From: the human T2T-CHM13v2.0 reference genome, Homo sapiens
DNA: 64,000 nt
Direction: 5' to 3' (one strand)
Assembly: GCF_009914755.1 (NCBI RefSeq)
Contig: NC_060925.1
The notes beneath the pieces are model-generated. The model had not been told where the DNA came from. It saw only the letters and a program-made list of their open reading frames with translations, and did not search any database. The translations under genes and the position numbers were made by a program. Within the stretch, counting starts at the first letter, position 1. Every line of letters starts with the position of its first letter. This document shows, piece after piece, positions 51,154-64,000 of the stretch.

Positions 51154-52357
51154 ATGTCGGAGATGTAGTAGAGTCAGTCATCTATTAAATACCAATCTCC
51201 TAATATCCTAGGGATATTATGAGGATTAAAGAAGGTAATACATGTAAAACACTTAGCACAAACTCTGGAATATAAAAAGTGCTCATTAAATTAGTTAAGA
51301 ATCCTGGCTTTCTGTCAATAACTAGCAACTATTACTGTAAAAATAATAATGAGTATTCAATATATTCTTTAATTTATTTATAAATTCTACACTCTCATTT
51401 GTGCTAGGCCTTGTGTTCATAGAAGGCATATAAAGATAAAGGAGATTAAAAACAAATATTTGTTGGATGAATGAGCTAACAGTTTAATGAGGCAGAAAGG
51501 CATAAAAACAATTATGGGTCAGTGAAGCAAGTGCAAAAAAGGCTACGGTGTCCTATAGGAAGGGCTGGAGGACCAGAGATGCCTTTAGCAACAGATGATA
51601 GCCAAATGTTTGTCTCTGCCTACATGCCCTGGAGTAGTAGAAGATGGGCACCACAACGCTGATTTTTTTTTTTTTTTTACAATTACTTCATAGAAAATAA
51701 CTGAGTATGCCATCTCCCTCCAAACTATGGTAGTATGTTTTTATCTTGACAGTTACCAAAAGCTAAGGAATTGATTTTTCAAGTTTAGAAGATTTAAGTC
51801 AAAACATGTATAGCTCAGAGGAAGAATTTAGAATATTAGTAACAGAACAAGTATATTATCATAAATAATATTTGATGAGGATACTTATGAAGTGTATCAA
51901 AGTTTAAAAGTTGGACTTGTCATTTGTTCCTTTGTGACCAATAGAAAGTAGGGAAAGAACTCACTGGTCACAGGTGTCTTTGATTATTGTCACTCAGGAA
52001 CACAAGCTGATGAAGGCATTACCTAGGAACTGTTTCATTACCACTGGGACAAAGAAAGCAAATGTGGTTTATCATGCTCTGACTTCGGGAGTTTCTGTTT
52101 GGAAGTGACAACTATCATTTCCACTCTTTCTCCCTTACCATGAAATTCTGTTCAATTAATAGATGGATTTTCCTAACTATAGAAAATACGTCTTAATCTA
52201 TAGCTTACATAGGATTTCAGAGGTGTTGTTATTTCCTGAAAATATAAACAAAATTTGAGGTTTTTATTTTTTGCTATATGAATATTTTTCTGAAGAGAAC
52301 TGTTCATAGTTTTTCTAGTTTCCCATGAAGCTCATAACCCATAAAAGCTCAAAAATA

Positions 52358-52704
<347 letters not shown>

Positions 52705-52969
52705 TCAGTGAACACTTGCATGACAACTTAACATTAATCAGTAAATAGTAGGTATAATTGGGATGTGAGTTGGAGAGTACACTGCTTTGAAGAGGGACAA
52801 GAGGGAGACAGGCCTTGGGGCTGACTGTTTGTGCCCCCACTCCTGCTCTTGCTTCAACTAGAACATCTCTTCTTCCGTGCATTTTATATGATAATATTCC
52901 ATGTTCTCTCTCCCTTTCTCTCAGTCTCTCTCGACAACAGAAATCAATATTAAAAATATTCAGAAATCT

Positions 52970-53246
52970 GGCTGGGCGTGGTGGCTCATGCCTGTAATCC
53001 CAGCACTTTGGGAGGCCAAGGTGTGCAGATCACCTAAGGTCAGGAGTTGGAGATCAGCCTGGTGAAACCCAGTCTCTACAGAAAATGCAAAAATTAGCTG
53101 GGCGTGGTGGTGGAAGCCTGTAATCCCAGGTATTTGAGCCAGGAGAACTGCTTGAACCTGGGAGGCAGAGGTTGCAGTAAGCCGAGATCAGGCCACTGCA
53201 CTCCAGCCTGGGCAACAGAGCAAGACTCTGTCAAAAAAAAAAATAA
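52970..53246 (+). mobile_element. AluS with two small internal deletions
   Basis: TSD ATTCAGAAATC. Confidence 0.9.
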
Positions 53247-54138
53247 ATTCAGAAATCACTAATGTAAATTGGATACAAGAGCACAGTGAGCTGTCTTTAA
53301 GAACTTGGAAATGAGGTTGACTTCTGACAGTTAAACTATAAAATCCAAACTAAGAAATAAAATAAGAAATATATGATGTTGGCTGGACTTGAAGAAAAAA
53401 AAGAAATAGACATAATCATTTCGAAGAAAGAGGGAGGTTCTCAGGCCTGCATAAGAATTGACTCAGTCCAATCAGTAATATTAATGTTTCTAAATAAATG
53501 ATGTGTCTCTCTGAAAAGACCAAGGAAAGCACAGAGTGATCAGCAATAGACCACCATGGAAAAACGAAAGTCAGAGGACTTCTCCGTCCCCAGTCCTGAA
53601 CAGAAAAACTCGTGCAAATGAATCCATCAGATTGGATTTGTTGGACTTCAAATTCTGTCCTTCTCTCTTGACTCTTCTGTCTGCATCCAAAGAGAAGGGA
53701 TTTTCCTACTCATACTTCTGGCTCATCCCCAAGGAAAAAGGAATTGCTAATCACTCTGCCTGGGGGAAAGGGTACAGGTGTGGAAAGGACTCAAGGAGAA
53801 AGTGGAAAAGCTGTCTTTAAGCATGACTAAGAAAGCCCAGTGGAAAAGGCAGGTTATGAGGTGTGGCAAAGACGGAGGAAAAGTCATTCCAGGTAGAGGG
53901 AAAGGCTGTATGCCTGCATAGAGGCATGATAAAGTTTGGCACTTTTGGGGAGCTGGCAATCCTTTTTGCCTAGAAATTACAAAAGAAATGAAAAAAAAAT
54001 TAAGGGAGAGGATGGTGGGGAATGACGCTAGAAAATGAAGCACTAAACGAGTGGTGAAAATAAGTGATAGTAAGGAGAGTCTCTGATGATTTCTTAATTT
54101 AAAATAGAGAAGGGAAGTGAATAAAAAATTCATTATAA

Positions 54139-55043
54139 GGGAGGAGCCAAGATGACCGAATAGGAACAGCTCCGGTCTACAGCTCCCAGCGTGAGCGACG
54201 CAGAAGACAGTGATTTCTGCATTTCCATCTGAGGTACTGGGTTCATCTCACTAGGGAGTGCCAGACAGTGGGCGCAGGTCAGTGGGTGCGCGCACTGTGC
54301 GCGAGCCGAAGCAGTGCGAGGCATTGCCTCACTTGGGAAGCGCAAGGGGTCAGGGAATTCCCTTTCCAAGTCAAAGAAAGGGTTGACGGACGGCACCTGG
54401 AAAAATCAGGTCACTCCCACCCGAATACTGCGCTTTTTCGACGGGCTTAAAAACCGGCGCACCACGAGATTATATCCCACACCTGGCTCGGAGGGTCCTA
54501 CGCCCACGGAGTCTCGCTGATTGCTAGCACAGCAGTCTGAGATCAAACTGCAAAGTGGCAGCGAGGCTGGGGGAGGGGCGCCTGCCATTGCCCAGGCTTG
54601 CTTAGGTAAACAAAGCAGCTGGGAAGCTCGAACTGGGTGGAGCCCACCACAGCTCAAGGAGGCCTGCCTGCCTCTGTAGGCTCCACCTCTGGGGGCAGGG
54701 CACAGACAAACAAAAAGACAGCAGTAACCTCTGCAGACTTAAATGTCCCTGTCTGACAGCTTTGAAGAGAGCAGTGGTTCTCCCAGCACGCAGCTGGAGA
54801 TCTGAGAATGGGCAGACTGCCTCCTCAAGTGGGTCCCTGACCCCTGACCCCCGAGCAGCCTAACTGGGAGGCACCCCCCAGCAGGGGCACACTGACACCT
54901 CATATGGCAGGGTATTCCAACAGACCTGCAGCTGAGGGTCCTGTCTGTTAGAAGGAAAACTAACAAACAGAAAGGACATCCACACCAAAAACCCATCTGT
55001 ACATCACCATCATCAAAGACCAAAAGTAGATAAAACCACAAAG
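54139..55043 (+). promoter_or_regulatory. L1 5'UTR internal sense/antisense promoter, CpG-rich
   Basis: Canonical GGAGGAGCCAAGATG.. start; many CpGs at 54150-54580. Confidence 0.85.
54406..54588 (-). pseudogene. L1 ORF0, truncated (60 aa)
   Basis: MAGAPPPASLPLCSLISDCCASNQRDSVGVGPSEP... ends at a premature TGA. Confidence 0.75.
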
Positions 55044-56059
55044 ATGGGGAAAAAACAGAAAAGAAAAACTGGAAACTCCAAAAAGCAGAGCGCCTCTCCT
55101 CCTCCAAAGGAACGCAGTTCCTCATCAGCAACGGAACAAAGCTGGATGGAGAATGACTTTGACAAGCTGAGAGAAGAAGGCTTCAGACGATCAAATTACT
55201 CTGAGCTACGGGAGGACATTCAAACCAAAGGCAAAGAAGTTGAAAACTTTGAAAAAAATTTAGAAGAATGTATAACTAGAATAACCAATACAGAGAAGTG
55301 CTTAAAGGAGCTGATGGAGCTGAAAACCAAGGCTCGAGAACTACGTGAAGAACGCAGAAGCCTCAGGAGCCGATGCGATCAACTGGAAGAAAGGGTATCA
55401 GCAATGGAAGATGAAATTAATGAAATGAAGCAAGAAGGGAAGTTTAGAGAAAAAAGAATAAAAATAAATGAGCAAAGCCTCCAAGAAATATGGGACTATG
55501 TGAAAAGACCAAATCTACGTCTGATTGGTGTACCTGAAAGTGACGGGGAGAATGGAACCAAGTTGGAAAACACTCTGCAGGATATTATCCAGGAGAACTT
55601 CCCCAATCTAGCAAGGCAGGCCAACGTTCAGATTCAGGAAATACAGAGAACGCCACAAAGATACTCCTGGAGAAGAGCAACTCCAAGACACATAATTGTC
55701 AGATTCACCAAAGTTGAAATGAAGGAAAAAATGTTAAGGGCAGCCAGAGAGAAAGGTCGGCTTACCCTCAAACGGAAGCCCATCAGACTAACAGCGGATC
55801 TCTCAGCAGAAACCCTACAAGCCAGAAGGGAGTGGGGGCCAATATTCAACATTCTTAAAGAAAAGAATTTTCAACCCAGAATTTCATATCCAGCCAAACT
55901 AAGCTTCATAAGCAAAGGAGAAATAAAATACTTTACAGACAAGCAAATGCTGAGAGATTTTTCACCACCAGGCCTGCCCGAAAAGAGCTCCTGAAGGAAG
56001 CGCTAAACATGGAAAGGAACAACTGGTACCAGCCGCTGCAAAATCATGCCAAAATGTAA
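55044..56059 (+). pseudogene. L1 ORF1p, frameshifted near the C-terminus
   Basis: 316-aa open frame with REKG, ARR and YPAKLS. 1-bp loss at ~55961; ancestral stop at 56057-56059. Confidence 0.93.
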
Positions 56060-56122
56060 AGACCATCAAGACTAGGAAGAAAGTGCATCAACTAACGAGC
56101 AAAATAACCAGCTAACATCATA

Positions 56123-59948
<3,826 letters not shown>

Positions 59949-60984
59949 ACAATGAGATCACATGGACACAGGAAGGGGAATATCACACTCTGGGGACTGT
60001 TGTGGGGTGGGGGGAGGGGGGAGGGACAGCATTGGGAGATATACCTAATGCTAGATGACAAGTTAGTGGGTGCAGCGCACCAGCATGGCACATGAATACA
60101 TATGTAACTAACCTGCACAATGTGCACATGTACCCTAAAACTTAAAGTATAATAAAAAAAAATTCATTGTAAACATTAGTGTGCTATAGTACTTTGACAA
60201 TGGAAATTGAGGGAAGAAAGTGTTTAGGAAGTGTTTATAGAAGGAAATGTTTATAAAAGAACAGTAGAGTGGGACAGATTAGAAGTTGCTGATGGGGAAG
60301 AAGGATCATATAATATGAGTCTCTACTATGATATTAATTAATGAATTATAGAAATACAGGGATGATCAAATTGGTGGGGGAAGTCTATGAATTCAACTTT
60401 GCATATATGGACTTTGAGAAACTTCTGAGAAAACCAGGTGAAGCTAGTTCATTGTCAGTTAGGTAAAGGAGTCTGTAACCAAGAAAAAGGTATGAGCAAA
60501 AGATAAAGATTTGTAAGTCACTGACATTCAGTTGGCAGCCTAGGTGACAGAAATGGAAAAGAGAGCCAGAGAGAAAATATAGATTGAAGAGAAATGAATC
60601 ATTGTCATTGCATAACAGCTGAATCATCAGATGGGATTCTCTGGTCTGTCTACTAGTTGTATTTTTAAAAGACCTGGGTAGGGCTGAATTGTCCCAAAAA
60701 GCAACGAGTAATCTCATTAGTGTCCCTCTCGCAAGGGTGGAGAAGGTAAGTTTGCTGGTCTTTTTTTCTTTTTTCTTTCAATTCTTCCCATCCTTTCCAT
60801 TCCTTTTGCTTTCAATGCTTCTCTCCCCCCATAATACCTGTATCTACATAGTGCTCATTACCTTATTCCAAAACCATTCTTTGCTTCATAGACTGTATAT
60901 TTTGAGGGTCATGTCCTGAACAGATAAATGAATGAGGGAGTCTGAGACAATTTTATTTTTCTTTTATGATTTTAAACTGTCTGA

Positions 60985-61268
60985 ACAATTGATGAACCTA
61001 CATTGACACATTCTCACTAGAATCCATAGTATACATTAGGGTTCACTCTTGGTGTTGTGCATTCAATGGGTTTGGAAAATTTATAATAAATATTTATGTA
61101 TATGTTTGTAGCAAATATGCCACTCTGGTGGGGAATGTTGATAACAGGGGAAGCTATATCTGGGTGTGGGCAGTGGGTAGATGGAAAAATCTCTGTACCT
61201 TCCACTCAGTTTTGCTGTGAACTGAAAACTGCTCTATGAAATAAAACTGTTATAAAAAAATAAAAATG
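60985..61268 (+). mobile_element. L1MC 3' end with inverted 5' segment
   Basis: 60985-61100 is the reverse complement of the segment that precedes 61105-61268 in the L1MC copy at 6615-6860. Confidence 0.75.
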
Positions 61269-61269
61269 T

Positions 61270-61570
61270 AGCTAGGTGTGGTGGCTCATGTCTGTAATCC
61301 CAGCACTTTGGGAGGCCGAGGCAGGCAGATCACTTGACGTCAGGAGCTCGAGACCAAGCCAGCCAACATGGTGAAACCTGTCTCTATTAAAAATACAAAA
61401 ATTAGCTGGACGTGGTCACAGGCACCTGTAGTCCCAGCTACTCAGGAGGCTGAGGCATGGGAATAGCTTGAACTCTGGAGGCGGAGGTTCCAGTGAGCCA
61501 AGATTGCATCATTGCACGCCAGCCTGGGTGACACAGTTAGACTCTGCCTCAAAAAAAAAAAAAAAAAAAA
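61270..61570 (+). mobile_element. AluSx-like
   Basis: Dimer with poly(A). Confidence 0.93.
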
Positions 61571-61594
61571 GCATTGGAAAACCAAAAATTGAAG

Positions 61595-62231
61595 TGTAAC
61601 TAATATTTCTAGAAATCTATCAAACACTCACAATTGCTACAATTCAACCCCAACAAAGACCAATTCAAAAATGGGCACACAGGAGGAACGGGACTTGGCC
61701 TCACTTCCAGGAACAGGTAGGTTTCCCATACATATCCTCTAACCATCACCTGCGCTGGTGCCATACTAGATCACTAAAGACCTTGCAAACTATGTGAGGA
61801 ATCTAAGATAAGCAGCATTCCACCAAATCTTACCTAAGGAAGTTAACCCCATCACCCATGTGCAGGCAAGACCAGGAGACTGACCAATTCTGACCCTTAT
61901 CTCAGTCTACAACTAAAATCCCTGCCTGGGGCGGGTTGTCTGCCATTTATTGATTATGTAATGTACCTACTAACATGATTTCTCACTGCAGCTGCACACT
62001 CTGCACTCCAGTCTGCACCTGTGATGACACTCGCATACCTCTTGTTTCTTCATGTCATTCTTCTTAAAGCACCATAAAGACCTGCCCTTCGGGAGCCAGC
62101 CAGAGAACTCTTGTTCTTATGCTATATCCCTTGCGCTCAAGCATAAGCCCCAACAAAGCCTCGTCTGGGAAACTTTCTCAGCCTCCTGTCAATTTCTGTT
62201 GCCTGAGAGCCTAAGAACCCATGGTTGGTAC
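61595..62231 (+). mobile_element. ERVL-class solo LTR (LTR47-like)
   Basis: TGTAAC start; ..GAGAGCCTAAGAACCCATGGTTGGTAC end; 5-bp TSD TGAAG (61590-61594 / 62232-62236). Confidence 0.65.
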
Positions 62232-63055
62232 TGAAGGTTCAGTTCTATTCATTTTGTCTTCTTGTTTTCTGTTAAATAAGAAAATTATTTCCTTATTAAA
62301 TAAGGAAAATCTTGGGTTAGTCTTTCTGGTACTTTGTCTTGCAGTCTACAGAATTTTTGAAAATATATTTAATGTTCAAAACAAAAAAAATTAGAGTAAA
62401 ATTGCCAATTATGCCTACGCTTTAGAGAATATTTTTCTACTTGGTTGTTCATTATCTTTATAGACTTAGCTACTGGTCAGGGATCATTATGCTGACTTCA
62501 CACCCGCACAGACAAAACAAAAATCATTTGATTTTTCCCCTTTCTTTTGGATTTTGAAGCCACCAGAGAGGGTTTATTCTTTGTGTATATAGAAATATTT
62601 GTTGATGACTAATCACTATATTTTGTTGATTAAACTAGAAATTAAGGTCTTAAAAAATCATTTCCTGTATGTTATCCACAGTTCTTGGATCCAGGAATAT
62701 TTTTTTTTTCCAGAAATGTTGGGCCTTTTTAGCTAGTTCACAAAAACATAATTTTCTAGCGTGCTTAAAAGTCAAGAGCTCAAAATTCTATTATTATTTT
62801 TAAAACATTTTTGGGTGATTATGCTTTCTGGATGTATTGGAAAGTTGCATTTCATTTCTCTTTAATTTATAGGCTCAAAGAGTTATTGAACTACTGATTG
62901 AGAAACAAAGTAAAGGACAATCTCTTGTTCCTTATTCCAAAGAAATATTAACTGTCCAAGGGAATACTAATCTGACTGGAGCCAAATTTTAGACATTGTT
63001 GAGCCACACTTACCTGTAAATGGGGTTAAGATATTATGGCATATTAAAAGGTCCT

Positions 63056-63350
63056 CACTGGGTGTGGAGGCTCATGTCTATAATATCAGTACTTTGGGAA
63101 GCCAAGGTGAAAGGATCACTTGAGGCCAGGAGTTTGAGACTAGCCTGGGCAACATAGTAAGACTCCATTTCTACAAAAAAAAAAAAAAAAAAATTAGCCA
63201 GGTGTTGTGACATGCGCCTGTAGTCTTAGCTACTCAAGAGGTGAAAGGATTGCTTAAGCCGAGGAATTTGAGGCTGTGGTGAGCTAGGATAGTGCCACTG
63301 CACTGCAACTTGCATGACAGTGAGACCCTGTCTCTAAGAAACTAAAAATA
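63056..63350 (+). mobile_element. AluJ
   Basis: Diverged dimer with expanded A-linker. Confidence 0.9.
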
Positions 63351-63907
63351 TATATTAGCAGAATATTTCTTTTCTATTGTACCACCTTACAGTGTGTGGT
63401 TCATTTATGAACTCAAAACCAGGAATAGTTTGGCTTCTCTTGATTTGAGGTTTATTCAGTTCCTATGAACAATGAGATACATTGCTAGTTATGTTTCCGT
63501 TTTTCCTTCATTCTATTTTATAGCATTTGGGCAAATTTAATAGTGTCCTAGTATTTTGGGGCACCAGTAATAGGATAAATGAAGTCATGGAAAATTGTAA
63601 TACTCTAGATCCTGGTAGAACTATTTCTAACCATTATTTCTTGGATACCAAGATTTTGGTTAGTAATGTTATCCGTAATAAACTGTGGTGAGAAATAAAT
63701 ATTCTTTGAAGGTAGAATAGAATTGAAGGACTTATTTTTAAAGAAACTGAATCATGGATTTCAAGTTTTTCATCTTAAGAGCTACCTACATGGCCCATCC
63801 CCTCTGCTGCTGTGTACCATTACATATTAACTATGTGATTGCATTCAATAATGCACTGCACATATCAACTGAATAGTATTGACTTATGGAAGACTCGCTA
63901 AATATAC

Positions 63908-64000
63908 TTTTTTTTTTTTTTTTGAGTCAGAATCTCGCACTGTCACCCAGGCTGGAGTGCAGTGGTGTGATCTTGGCTCACTGCAACCTCCACCTCCCAG
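63908..64000 (-). mobile_element. Alu 3' end (cut by window edge)
   Basis: Poly(T) followed by GAGTCAGAATCTCGCACTGTCACCCAGGCTGGAG. Confidence 0.92.

Noticed and set aside
62845-62915. Good 3' splice acceptor (TTTCTCTTTAATTTATAG/G at 62872) with a short open frame AQRVIELLIEKQ
   Set aside because: Only a weak donor follows, the peptide is not recognised and no partner exons are visible. It cannot be supported without RNA data.

Overview
Primate (hominoid-type) nuclear DNA dominated by interspersed repeats. I find no host protein-coding exon, RNA gene or CpG-island promoter, so the window is probably intergenic or deep intronic. Main contents: a THE1 (MaLR) internal region plus LTR inserted in a Ricksha-type MULE fossil that also carries a MADE1; a + strand stack of old L1s (4.3-10.8 kb); a Charlie1 hAT fossil split by a ~9.6 kb minus-strand L1M complex; a decayed class I ERV (MER31-like LTR, PBS, gag-pro-pol) with an LTR8-family solo LTR in it; about 30 Alus; several L2/MIR/MLT fossils; and a full-length but dead L1PA2/PA3-type element (54139-60156). 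All long ORFs are retroelement remnants or low-complexity artefacts. I see no evidence for a new biological system. The best second-look items are a PU.1/C-EBP/IRF motif cluster in unique CpG-retaining DNA (35.3-35.7 kb), a 21-nt poly(A)-tailed micro-retrocopy with a TSD (9.4 kb), a local templated duplication (46.8 kb and 48.6 kb), a YY1-site mutation in the full-length L1, a chimeric L1 with two EN/ORF1 blocks, and an interrupted GAA repeat. Repeat subfamily names come from recalled consensus sequences and need RepeatMasker/Dfam confirmation. Boundaries of old elements are approximate.
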